This document shows, one piece after another, positions 1-8,835 of a stretch of DNA of 64,000 nt. The notes under the pieces were generated by a model. The model was not told where the DNA came from and made no database searches. It saw only the letters and a program-made list of their open reading frames with translations. The position numbers were made by a program, and so were the translations under genes. The DNA comes from an uncultured Pseudomonadota bacterium (GTDB taxonomy: Bacteria > Oederibacteriota > Muellerivitia > Muellerivitales > Muellerivitaceae). Positions within the stretch are counted from its first letter, which is position 1; each line of letters begins with the position of its first letter. Location: positions 160,001 to 224,000 of the forward strand of contig CAVYRH010000005.1 in the NCBI GenBank assembly GCA_963770835.1. Reading direction: 5' to 3'.

Positions 1-2
1 AG

Positions 3-476
3 AGCCGTGTCGTTGGAATCGCCGAAATCATCGTTTCCCAAAGCCCCCAACGGTTGATGGCTTATGGCTTGGGCTCCTGCGTGGGGGTGGCCCTCTACGA
101 CGCCACCAGCAAAACCGGAGGGATGGCCCATGTGATGCTGCCTTCCAGCCGCCTCCACTCCTCGGAAACCCATCCCGGAAAATACGCCGACACGGCCATT
201 TCGGTCCTGGTCGCGGAAATGGAAAATGCGGGATGCCGGCGGAAAAACATGGCGGCCAAGATCGTGGGCGGCGCCAACATGTTCTCGGATATTATCCAAA
301 GCGGGGTTCCCATCGGCTTGCGCAACGTTTCCGCCGTCCGACAGAAATTGGAGGAACTGGGGATTCCCATCGCCGCGGAAGAGGTGGGGGGGACCAAGGG
401 CAGGACCATGATTTTTACCCTCGAAGACGGCCGGGTGGAGATCCGACGCCTGAACCAGCCCGAGCAATACCTGTGA
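3..476 (+). CDS. cheD: Chemoreceptor glutamine deamidase CheD (5' end lies before the window)
   Basis: Frame is open from position 3 (SRVVGIAEIIVSQSPQRLMAYGLGSCVGV). Motifs GLGSCV, AHVMLP, PGKYADTAI, AKIVGGANMF, IGLRN and VGGTKGR are typical of CheD. Confidence 0.93.
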   Translation, partial: SRVVGIAEIIVSQSPQRLMAYGLGSCVGVALYDATSKTGGMAHVMLPSSRLHSSETHPGKYADTAISVLVAEMENAGCRRKNMAAKIVGGANMFSDIIQSGVPIGLRNVSAVRQKLEELGIPIAAEEVGGTKGRTMIFTLEDGRVEIRRLNQPEQYL

Positions 477-587
477 AACAGTCAAATAAACTGCGTTTTT
501 CCAGAATATTAAGTTTGATCCAGGTTTTTTGGGCGGCCCGGCTTCTTTAGTGGTAAAAATAGTTTCAAAGGTCTTGAGGTGCAACCG

Positions 588-1130
588 ATGAGCCTATCGA
601 TGTCCGAAATATCAACGCTTTCCCAGCCGGAAACGGCGGAAGCCCAACTGGTGGTGTTCACCCTGGCGGGCTGCGAGGCCGCCGTGGGAATCCGGCAGGT
701 GCGGGAAATCCTGCGTGTGGGCGATATCACCTTCATGCCCAAGGCACCGCCCTTTTTGGAGGGGATCATTAATATGCGGGGGAAAATCATCCCCGTCATC
801 GACCTGAAGAAGCGGTTCCAGATGCCCCTTATCGACCGCACGGATGAGTCGCGCGTGCTAATTGTGGAAATCCAGGACCAGATGCTGGGGTTCCTGGTGG
901 ACAAAGTAGTAGGGGTGCTGAGGACCTCCCTGGCGGCGGTGGAGCCTGCCAAGGAGCCGGTTTTAACCGTCGGCGCCGAGTATCTCGACGGGCTCCTCCG
1001 AGTTGAAAAACGGTTGATTCTCCTCTTGAATTTGAAGAAATTGCTGACGCTGGACGAACCAAAGGCGCTCCCCGATCGGGAGCCCTACACAGTTCCTCCA
1101 TCAATGGGGCCTTCGGCCCCCAATAGATGA
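588..1130 (+). CDS. cheW: Chemotaxis coupling protein CheW
   Basis: QLVVFTL, VREIL, GIINMRGKIIPVIDL, GFLVDKV. ATG 588 chosen because GAGGTG lies 6 nt upstream. Confidence 0.93.
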   Translation: MSLSMSEISTLSQPETAEAQLVVFTLAGCEAAVGIRQVREILRVGDITFMPKAPPFLEGIINMRGKIIPVIDLKKRFQMPLIDRTDESRVLIVEIQDQMLGFLVDKVVGVLRTSLAAVEPAKEPVLTVGAEYLDGLLRVEKRLILLLNLKKLLTLDEPKALPDREPYTVPPSMGPSAPNR

Positions 1131-1158
1131 ACTATGTCACTCTCAGGGGAGAATAACT

Positions 1159-1524
1159 TTGGCCATTAAGGTGATGTTCGTCGACGACTCCTCTTTCATG
1201 AGATCCATTCTAAAAGGCATCATCCTCAAAGAACCCTTCGAATTAGCTGGGGAAGCCACGACGGGCAAGGAAGCGGTGGAACTTTACCGGGAAACCAAGC
1301 CCGACCTCGTGACCATGGACATCGTCATGCCGGAAATGAACGGTATCGACGCGGTTAAGGAAATCCGAGCCATGGACCCCGACGCCAAGATCATCATGGT
1401 CAGCGCCATGGGCCAGCAGGGCATGGTCATCGACGCCATCCAGGCGGGCGCCCGCGACTTCATCATCAAGCCTTTCCAACCTCCGAGAATCCAGGAAGCC
1501 TTGCGGCGGGTGGTCGGGAACTAA
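1159..1524 (+). CDS. cheY: Chemotaxis response regulator CheY
   Basis: Stand-alone receiver domain: VDD, PDLVTMDIVMPEMNG, SAMGQQ, DFIIKPF (Bacillus/Thermotoga-like). TTG start after GGGGAG. Confidence 0.92.
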   Translation: MAIKVMFVDDSSFMRSILKGIILKEPFELAGEATTGKEAVELYRETKPDLVTMDIVMPEMNGIDAVKEIRAMDPDAKIIMVSAMGQQGMVIDAIQAGARDFIIKPFQPPRIQEALRRVVGN

Positions 1525-1575
1525 TAACTATTTAAACCGTAAATTCGCCTTAATCGACATTGAAAACAGGTATCC

Positions 1576-2673
1576 ATGCCTTCATACAAGCCCAACCCTA
1601 TCCGCGTCCTGGTGGTGGACGATTCCTTTTTCATGCGGAAAATGATCCAGGACATGCTGGAGGCCTCCGATGGGGTGGCCACGGTCCTGGATACGGCCCA
1701 GAACGGCCTGGAAGCAGTCGAAAAAACCATTAAGTTGAAACCCGACGTCATTACCCTTGACGTGGAAATGCCTCAGATGGATGGGCTGCAGGCCTTGGAA
1801 AGGATCATGGCCGAACGGCCCACGCCAGTGGTGATGCTTTCCAGCCATACGGGGGAGGGAACGGTCACCACTATTCGGGCCCTGGAATTGGGGGCCGTGG
1901 ATTGTTTGGGCAAGCCCGCGGGACGCGTCATGGAAAACATGAAGGAAATCCAGGCCGAGCTCATCGAAAAGATTAAGCTGGCTTCTACGATCCGGCCCCG
2001 CCAGCGAACGGGAACGGCTTTAGGGCCCAAAGCCTCGGCGTCTACAGTTGAAATAACGGAACCTTCAAAGCATATCCCCCAAGTGGAAAGGCCGGCCACT
2101 TTTATCGTTGCCATTGCCTCTTCCACCGGCGGTCCCCGCGCCTTGAACGAGCTTTTTTCCCACCTTCAACGAACTCCCCACGCCGCTTATGTCATTGTCC
2201 AGCATATTTCGGTCGGGTTCACCAAGGCCCTGGCCCGGCGATTGGGTGATGTCAGTTGTGTTTCCGTTGCCGAAGCACAGGACCAGGAAATTCTCCTCGG
2301 AGGGCATGCATATGTGGCTCCCGGCGGCAGCCATCTGGTTTTGGAAAAGGTTGCCGGGCATTACCGGGCCGCCTTTCATGATTCGCCCCCCCGCTTGGGG
2401 GTCAAGCCCTCGGCGGATATCATGATGGCCTCGGTGGCCAGGGTTGCGGCCAAGGATTGCATGGGAGTGGTGCTAACCGGCATGGGGCGGGATGGGACCG
2501 AGGGTTTGAAGGGGATCCGGGCCGCCGGAGGCAAGACCTTCGCCCAGGACGCCGAAAGCTGCGTGGTTTATGGCATGCCCAAATCCGCCGTGGATGCCGG
2601 CCTCGTGGACCGACAGTTGACCCTTCCCCAAATGGCCGAGGAGATCAACGCTCTCCTTACCAAGAAAAGTTGA
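1576..2673 (+). CDS. cheB: Chemotaxis methylesterase CheB
   Basis: Receiver domain plus esterase motifs SSTGGP, VQH, KPSAD, LTGMGRDG and VYGMP. Confidence 0.95.
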   Translation: MPSYKPNPIRVLVVDDSFFMRKMIQDMLEASDGVATVLDTAQNGLEAVEKTIKLKPDVITLDVEMPQMDGLQALERIMAERPTPVVMLSSHTGEGTVTTIRALELGAVDCLGKPAGRVMENMKEIQAELIEKIKLASTIRPRQRTGTALGPKASASTVEITEPSKHIPQVERPATFIVAIASSTGGPRALNELFSHLQRTPHAAYVIVQHISVGFTKALARRLGDVSCVSVAEAQDQEILLGGHAYVAPGGSHLVLEKVAGHYRAAFHDSPPRLGVKPSADIMMASVARVAAKDCMGVVLTGMGRDGTEGLKGIRAAGGKTFAQDAESCVVYGMPKSAVDAGLVDRQLTLPQMAEEINALLTKKS

Positions 2674-2756
2674 CGGTTAGTCTTGAATAAGCTGACTTAA
2701 CATGGAGCGAAAATGGTATTTGAAAAAACTTTATGTAAATTAGCGGAGAATAAAAA

Positions 2757-3188
2757 ATGTTTAAACAACAGTTGGTGTTTATTTTTTTAAAACTCATATT
2801 TTGGGGAATGGTTTTTTGCGTTTGCATACCAGGAATTTCTTTTTCTAATGTTGCAAATCTTGGAAACACCAATACTGCTCAATTGGAATTAAAGAAAAAC
2901 ACAACTATTTTTCAGTCTCTGAATGAAAAACAGAATAACCAATCGCTTTGGTTGAGATTTGAAGATTCGGGAATGGAAGAGGTTGTCGAATATTTGTTGT
3001 ACTTGTTAATTGGTTCTTTGATGATGCTTTATTCTAGGGAGTTGGCCGCCTTCTATCCTTTTGCCAAGTGGACACCATGGTTTAAGTTATCACCTTTTGT
3101 GGTACGGGTAAGACAGATAGCTTTCTTATTGGCGGGATTTATTCTGGCAGTATTTGGTCTTGTTAGTTTTCTTAAAGAGGTCCGCTGA
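2757..3188 (+). CDS. Hypothetical AT-rich membrane protein
   Basis: 143-aa ORF with a hydrophobic N-terminus and two C-terminal hydrophobic segments. Much lower GC than the flanking che genes. No recognisable family. Confidence 0.5.
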   Translation: MFKQQLVFIFLKLIFWGMVFCVCIPGISFSNVANLGNTNTAQLELKKNTTIFQSLNEKQNNQSLWLRFEDSGMEEVVEYLLYLLIGSLMMLYSRELAAFYPFAKWTPWFKLSPFVVRVRQIAFLLAGFILAVFGLVSFLKEVR

Positions 3189-3364
3189 AGTTCATTTGTA
3201 TTTTTAAAAGGAAGTTTGGAATAAAAAAATAAGGGAAAAAGCTAAAAACCCGCAAAATCCCGTTCTCCCACGCAGTTTGGCTGGTTGGCTAAATCTACTT
3301 AGAACCCTGCCTGTTTTAATCTAAAATAGTGTCCAGCCCACAGCCTTACCCTTCTGGAGCCATC

Positions 3365-5461
3365 GTGAATAGCGGCGATTACAAAGAGATTTTCCTCACC
3401 GAAGCGCGGGAATATCTTTCGAACCTGAACAATTCCCTCGTGATGCTGGAAAAAGACCCATCCCAAACTGAGGCCATCCGGGAAATCTTCCGCGCGGCCC
3501 ATACCCTGAAAGGTATGTCAGCCACGATGGGCTATGACCCCATGGTACGGCTTACCCACCAGATGGAAGCGGTTATGGAGCCCATCCGGTCGGGCACCCA
3601 AAATCTTTCCACGCGAATGGTTGATATTCTCTTTGTCTGTCTGGACCTATTGTCCAAATGGGTGGACGTGTTGGCAAACCAGGATTTTATTGAGGAGGAA
3701 GGGCTGCAATCCGCCCTCCAATTACTGGCAAGCGTCGGCAAAGACGTAACCCCTTCCGAAGTTTCTTCGCCAAGCACGACAGAAAGTTCGACGGCCTCCA
3801 GTATGTATCTGGCATTTTCCGAGAATGAAAGGGAAGTGCTCTCCCAGGCTAAAATGAACGGATTCTCGATCCTCAGGGTGGCGGTGGAATTATCCCCGGA
3901 CTGTGTTTTCAAGGAAGTCCGGGCTTTCATGGTCCTGAAAAACGTCAACGAATTGGGAGAGATCGTCAAAAGCATCCCCGCTCCGGAAGAAATCGAGAAA
4001 GGGCAGTTTTCTAAAGGCTTCGTGCTGGTGGTCGTCACCGATTCCACGGACGAGAAACTGCAGGAAGCTGTCGCGAGTGTCACCGAGGTTTCGAACGCGC
4101 AAGTGGAAAGCCTCAAGCTTGAGGATATGTCCTCCCCGCAGGCGGCAGGGCAGCCCTCTACGCCCTCGCAAGGTATGGGATCTCCCAAGGCTTCGGCTCC
4201 CGCCCTGGTACCTGACGAAAGAACCTTTGCCCTACCTACTATCCGAGTCCATACTTCCAAGCTCGACAAACTGATGGCCTTGGTCCAAGAACTCGTCATT
4301 TCAAAAATTCGCTTCGAACAAGTGGCCAATACCAAGGCCTTGAAAGAACTGTCCGACCCCCTTTCCCAGCTCCACCACATCACCGACGAACTGCAGGACG
4401 AGATTACCAAGGTCCGGTTGATGCCGGTCAAACAGATCTTCGACAGGTTCCCCCGCATGGTTCGCGACTTGGCGCGTAACCTCAACAAACAGGTGGACTT
4501 GGAGATGGATGGCGCGGAGGTGGAGCTGGACCGCACGATATTGGAAGAAATGAGCGAACCCCTGGTGCACTTGCTCCGCAATGCCGTGGACCATGGAATC
4601 GAGGAGCCCGAGGCGAGGGCCCGCGAGGGCAAAGAACCCTACGGTATCATCCGGCTACAAGCCAAGCGGGAGAGGTCCCACGTGGTGATTTCCATCACGG
4701 ACGATGGGCGGGGGATTGACCCGGAAATCGTGCGGCAGAAGGCCATTGCTAAGGGTATGGTCTCGGCGGAAGATGCGGCCAAACTGACCGATGAGGAAGT
4801 TGTGCGCATGGTCTCCCTACCGGGTTTTTCCACGGTGGATACTGCCACGGAGATTTCGGGCCGGGGGGTAGGTGTGGACGTGGCCAAGACCAAAGTGGAA
4901 GCCGTTGGGGGCGTTTTCCGCATCCAAAGCAAAAAGGGGCAGGGAACCACCTTCATCCTGAGGTTTCCCCTCACCCTAGCCATCATCAAGGCGCTCCTGG
5001 TGAGGTGCAACGAGGAGATTTTCGCTATTCCCGTCGTGAACATCACGGAGACGGTGGATGTTTCGCCGAGTGAAAAAAGGCAGATTCAACAGCAGGAGGC
5101 CGTCATCCTTCGGGAAGACGTCATTCCCCTTTACCCCCTCCAGGAGCTCCTGGAACTACCGGATTTGTCGAAACCCCGCGATGACTCCGGGTTGGAGACC
5201 GTGCTGATCGCGGAAGTGGGGGATTCCCGGGTGGCCTTAAGGGTGGACGAGGTTATCGGCCAGCAGGAAATCGCCATCAAGCCCCTCGACCGTCTCTTGA
5301 AGGGCATCCGTGGTTTTTCAGGCGCCACCATCCTCGGCAGTGGTAAGATATCGCTGATTCTCGATGTGAATAGTTTGGTTGAGGATTTGAAAGACAAGCG
5401 GTTCCAGGCCGAACACTCCCTATTGGAAAAGGACGACGCGCATGCCGACCTTCATTCTTAA
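3365..5461 (+). CDS. cheA: Chemotaxis histidine kinase CheA (P1-P2-P3-P4-P5)
   Basis: IFRAAHTLKGMS (Hpt), P2-like KEVRAFMV region, HLLRNAVDHGIE, DDGRG, SGRGVG and a CheW-like C-terminus. GTG 3365 follows GGAG; the ORF track starts at 3329. Confidence 0.96.
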   Translation: MNSGDYKEIFLTEAREYLSNLNNSLVMLEKDPSQTEAIREIFRAAHTLKGMSATMGYDPMVRLTHQMEAVMEPIRSGTQNLSTRMVDILFVCLDLLSKWVDVLANQDFIEEEGLQSALQLLASVGKDVTPSEVSSPSTTESSTASSMYLAFSENEREVLSQAKMNGFSILRVAVELSPDCVFKEVRAFMVLKNVNELGEIVKSIPAPEEIEKGQFSKGFVLVVVTDSTDEKLQEAVASVTEVSNAQVESLKLEDMSSPQAAGQPSTPSQGMGSPKASAPALVPDERTFALPTIRVHTSKLDKLMALVQELVISKIRFEQVANTKALKELSDPLSQLHHITDELQDEITKVRLMPVKQIFDRFPRMVRDLARNLNKQVDLEMDGAEVELDRTILEEMSEPLVHLLRNAVDHGIEEPEARAREGKEPYGIIRLQAKRERSHVVISITDDGRGIDPEIVRQKAIAKGMVSAEDAAKLTDEEVVRMVSLPGFSTVDTATEISGRGVGVDVAKTKVEAVGGVFRIQSKKGQGTTFILRFPLTLAIIKALLVRCNEEIFAIPVVNITETVDVSPSEKRQIQQQEAVILREDVIPLYPLQELLELPDLSKPRDDSGLETVLIAEVGDSRVALRVDEVIGQQEIAIKPLDRLLKGIRGFSGATILGSGKISLILDVNSLVEDLKDKRFQAEHSLLEKDDAHADLHS

Positions 5462-5610
5462 AAGCTTTGAGAGGGCCGGTATCACACCGATTTCCTTTAA
5501 TCTTTCAAAAGGAGAATCGGCGCATGCCGACTCTCATTTTGCAATAAATAAAAGAGGTCGGTATCGCACCGATTTCCATAATCTCTTTGAAGGAGAATCG
5601 GCGCATGCTG
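5427..5610. repeat. Imperfect tandem repeat, about 2.3 copies, period 81-82 nt, at the cheA/cheC junction
   Basis: GCGCATGC occurs three times with ATG at 5442, 5524 and 5605. AAGGAGAATCGGCGCATGC is exact in two copies. CGGTATC(A/G)CACCGATTTCC occurs twice. Confidence 0.9.
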
Positions 5611-6219
5611 CTCAACCTGGATGAGCTGACCCCGAGCCAACTCGACGCATTGAAAGAAGTAGGAAATATCGGGGCGGGGCACGGTGCCACGGCCCTTTCC
5701 CAGCTCTTGGGAAAGAAGATCTTCATCACCGTTCCTAAAGCCACCGTTCTCCCCCTTTCGGAAGTCCCCAAACTGGTCGGCGACCCCAATACCCTGGTGG
5801 CGGGCCTTACCCTTTCCATCCTGGGCGACGCCACGGGAAAGATCATCCTGCTTTTTCCCCGCGACTCGGCGCTTCACCTGGCAGACATGCTCCTCAAGCA
5901 GCCCGTGGGCACCAGCAAAATCCTCACCGAGATGGGCCATTCGGCCATCAAGGAAGCGGGGAATATTTTGACGGGGGCCTATTTGAGCGCCTTGAACGAA
6001 TTTCTCGGCATGCTGTTATTGATTTCCGTTCCGACCCTAGTGTTCGACATGGCGGGTGCGCTTTTAACCATGATCACCCAGGGTATGGAGGAGACCCTCA
6101 AAGTCATTTCCATCGAGACCAAGTTCAGCGATGACCACGAGGAAATCGGGGGATATTTCATCCTGGTTCCGGACGCGGTTTCCCTTCGCGCCATCTTTCA
6201 AGCCATCAAAGTGAAGTAA
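5605..6219 (+). CDS. cheC: CheY-P phosphatase CheC
   Basis: Two active-site repeats (DALKEVGNIGAG and SAIKEAGNILTG). AAGGAG upstream of ATG 5605. Confidence 0.93.
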   Translation: MLLNLDELTPSQLDALKEVGNIGAGHGATALSQLLGKKIFITVPKATVLPLSEVPKLVGDPNTLVAGLTLSILGDATGKIILLFPRDSALHLADMLLKQPVGTSKILTEMGHSAIKEAGNILTGAYLSALNEFLGMLLLISVPTLVFDMAGALLTMITQGMEETLKVISIETKFSDDHEEIGGYFILVPDAVSLRAIFQAIKVK

Positions 6220-6284
6220 TTAAAACCGCTAATCATGTTAATATATTGTCCGCGATTTTATCGTATTCCGTATGAAAGGCCGAC

Positions 6285-7385
6285 ATGCTGGGCCAAGCCA
6301 TCCTCACTGAAAAACTAAACTCCGCCTGTCGGAAAAGTTCCGTCACGAAGGCCGACCTGGCCGACTGTTGCCAAATCCTCTCGGAAAACTTCAAGTTCGA
6401 CTGCGTTTTTGTGGCTTTTGCCGCGAACGCCGAGGAGCTCCTGTCGCCCATGGGATTTTACGGGAGGGATGAAATCATGGAAACCTGCCTCTACCGCCTC
6501 GGGGTGGAGGAAAGAAACACCTTGGCCAAACTTCCCATGAAGGCCTACCAGGACATCACCGGCAAGCCGGTTTTCAACAAATCGGGTTCCTTGCGCATTC
6601 AAAAGCCCTTCAGCGGAATTTTCATGGTCCACAGCGTTCCCAAGAAGTGTTTCATCCTGCTGGGTTACGCCCACCAAAACTCGCAGGGTTATGACGTCAA
6701 ATTGATGGAAGAGTTGCAGGGCGTTTGGAAACAATGGCAGGAATCTTTGGAGAAAGCGGTGCTCCAAATTTCCTCCGGAAGGATGGAGGTTCCGTTTATC
6801 CCCGCCTCGCCTTCCGTAGAAAAGGCGGATTTAACATTCGAAAAACCCGCCGTGGCGCCATTCCCGACACCGTCCAAAGCGCCCGAAAACCAGGATGACG
6901 GCCGGCGTCCGATGATCCTTGTGGATGAAGTCACCCGCCTTTTCAACAAAGATTATTTTTCCGAGTGCCTGGCCATCGAGGTGGAACGGGCCAAGCGCTA
7001 TTCCCGCATGATGAGCCTGATGTTCCTCAGCGTTACGCCCAACAACGGCGTTTCCCCCGCCGCGAACGACAACCAGGTGGCGACCCAAGTGGCGGAAATA
7101 TTGGCCAAGAGCCTGCGGAGGGTGGACGTTATTTGCCGGCTGGAGAAGGATAAATACGCCATCGTGCTGCCCGACACGGCCAATAACACCTACGGCATTA
7201 TCGCCAAGAGGATTTTCAAGTTTTTCAAACTCATCATGGGGGAAGCCCCCCCGGTTTTCTTGAACATCAGCGCTTCCACTTTTCCAAAACACGCCGCCGA
7301 CCACCACGCGCTATTGGACAGCGCTGAAAAACTCCTGGTCCAGGCCAGGGAAGTTGGCCCGAATAAGGCGGTACTTCCAGAATAG
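6285..7385 (+). CDS. Degenerate GGDEF-domain protein with unknown N-terminal domain
   Basis: DEVTRLFNKDYF, EVERAKRYSR, LRRVDVICRLEKDKYAIVLPDT and AREVGPN match the GGDEF fold, but the signature reads EKDKY. Confidence 0.8.
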   Translation: MLGQAILTEKLNSACRKSSVTKADLADCCQILSENFKFDCVFVAFAANAEELLSPMGFYGRDEIMETCLYRLGVEERNTLAKLPMKAYQDITGKPVFNKSGSLRIQKPFSGIFMVHSVPKKCFILLGYAHQNSQGYDVKLMEELQGVWKQWQESLEKAVLQISSGRMEVPFIPASPSVEKADLTFEKPAVAPFPTPSKAPENQDDGRRPMILVDEVTRLFNKDYFSECLAIEVERAKRYSRMMSLMFLSVTPNNGVSPAANDNQVATQVAEILAKSLRRVDVICRLEKDKYAIVLPDTANNTYGIIAKRIFKFFKLIMGEAPPVFLNISASTFPKHAADHHALLDSAEKLLVQAREVGPNKAVLPE

Positions 7386-7483
7386 AAGTGTTGTGTTTTA
7401 CCTGTTTTTGCAATTCGAGACTCGGCACTAAAATCTCCAAGATCTTGGTTCGCTGCGCCAATTTTAATCGCAGAGGTTGCGAC

Positions 7484-8596
7484 ATGAATGAGCGTGAATC
7501 CTTACTAGCCCTCCATTTGACGGGCGTCATCGGCCCCCGCCGGTTGAAAGCCGCGCGGGAAGCTTTTCCGGAAATCTCGGATGTTTTCGGGGCTTCGGAA
7601 GACGTCCTAAGCCGCCTTCCCGATTGGACTTTTTCCTGCGTGCAAAAGATACTTTCCTTTAAAGACCCGTTCCAGAAGGTGGAAGCCCAATTGGAAAAGG
7701 CCGAGCGAGCCGGCATCACGGTCCTCGTGGAAGGGGACCTGGAATTTCCCAAGGTTTTTGAGAACCTCTTTGACCCGCCTTTCGTCCTTTGGAGAGTGGG
7801 GAGCTACCTTCCGGACGACGAGAAAGCCATTGCGGTCATCGGATGCCGCAAACCAAGCGCCTACGGCAAGCAGGCGGCATTGAGGCTTTCGGAGGATATC
7901 GTACGGGCCGGTTATACGGTGGTTTCGGGGCTGGCCCGGGGCATCGATTCGTTGGCCCACCTGGGGGCCCTCCGCTCCCCCCAGGGCCGCACCATCGCCT
8001 TTTTGGGAAGCGGCCTCTTGAACCTCTATCCACCGGAAAACAAAAAGCTGGCTCAGGAAATCGCCGAAAGAGGGGCGGTTTTCAGCGAATATCCCCTGGT
8101 CTCCAAACCGCTCGCCATGCATTTTCCCCAAAGAAACCGCCTTATTAGCGGGGCTGCGAAGGGACTGCTGGTCGTGGAAGCCAAAAAGGACAGTGGTTCC
8201 TTTATCACCGTGGATCACGCCATGGACCAGGGAAAACCGGTTTTTGCCGTTCCTGGGCCCATCACCCATAGCGAATCGGAAGGAACCCATGCCCTAATCC
8301 AACAGGGCGCAAAGCTGGTCATGGGAGTGGAGGACATTTTCCATGAGTTGCACGACATGAGGGCGGAAACGGTTTTCAAGTCGAGAAAGGGAAGGCTTTC
8401 CACCGCCGCTGTGTTGGAAACGTTGACCGAGGAAGAAAAGAAACTATTGGAAAAACTCACCTATTCACCCCTCCATGTGGACGTTCTTCTACGGGAAACC
8501 GGCATAGCCCTGCGGCGCGTTAACGAATTACTACTGATGTTGGAGATGAAAGGGCTGGTCCAACAGGCGCCGGGGCATTGCTATTTTAAAATCTGA
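7484..8596 (+). CDS. dprA: DNA-processing protein DprA
   Basis: IAVIGCR, VVSGLARGIDSLAH, FPQRNRLISG and a C-terminal winged helix. ATG 7484 follows GAGG. Directly upstream of topA. Confidence 0.95.
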   Translation: MNERESLLALHLTGVIGPRRLKAAREAFPEISDVFGASEDVLSRLPDWTFSCVQKILSFKDPFQKVEAQLEKAERAGITVLVEGDLEFPKVFENLFDPPFVLWRVGSYLPDDEKAIAVIGCRKPSAYGKQAALRLSEDIVRAGYTVVSGLARGIDSLAHLGALRSPQGRTIAFLGSGLLNLYPPENKKLAQEIAERGAVFSEYPLVSKPLAMHFPQRNRLISGAAKGLLVVEAKKDSGSFITVDHAMDQGKPVFAVPGPITHSESEGTHALIQQGAKLVMGVEDIFHELHDMRAETVFKSRKGRLSTAAVLETLTEEEKKLLEKLTYSPLHVDVLLRETGIALRRVNELLLMLEMKGLVQQAPGHCYFKI

Positions 8597-8736
8597 TTTC
8601 CAGCCGTCGCCTTCCCTTCGCTCAACGGTTTCCGCAAAAAAATTATTCCCTCTTTGGCAATGTGAAACGAAAGCATTTAAAAGGGTTTTGACGATTTTTA
8701 CCGTTTGCCCTTTGTGCCGTCCAAATTGGCCAAAAC

Positions 8737-8766
8737 TTGACAAACCCCCAATCTCCTGCCTATTCT
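8737..8766 (+). promoter_or_regulatory. Putative sigma70 promoter for topA
   Basis: TTGACA (8737-8742), 18-nt spacer, TATTCT (8761-8766). Confidence 0.6.
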
Positions 8767-8835
8767 TGCAAAACTAAACGGTCCGCTTTTATGGGCCTGG
8801 TTCCTTATTTAATGAATGTTTGAACGGAGCTAGAT

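Noticed and set aside
5427..5610. cheA-cheC repeat as a mini CRISPR array
   Set aside because: The inter-repeat segments resemble each other rather than being unique spacers, the repeat contains a ribosome-binding site and start codon, and no cas genes are present.
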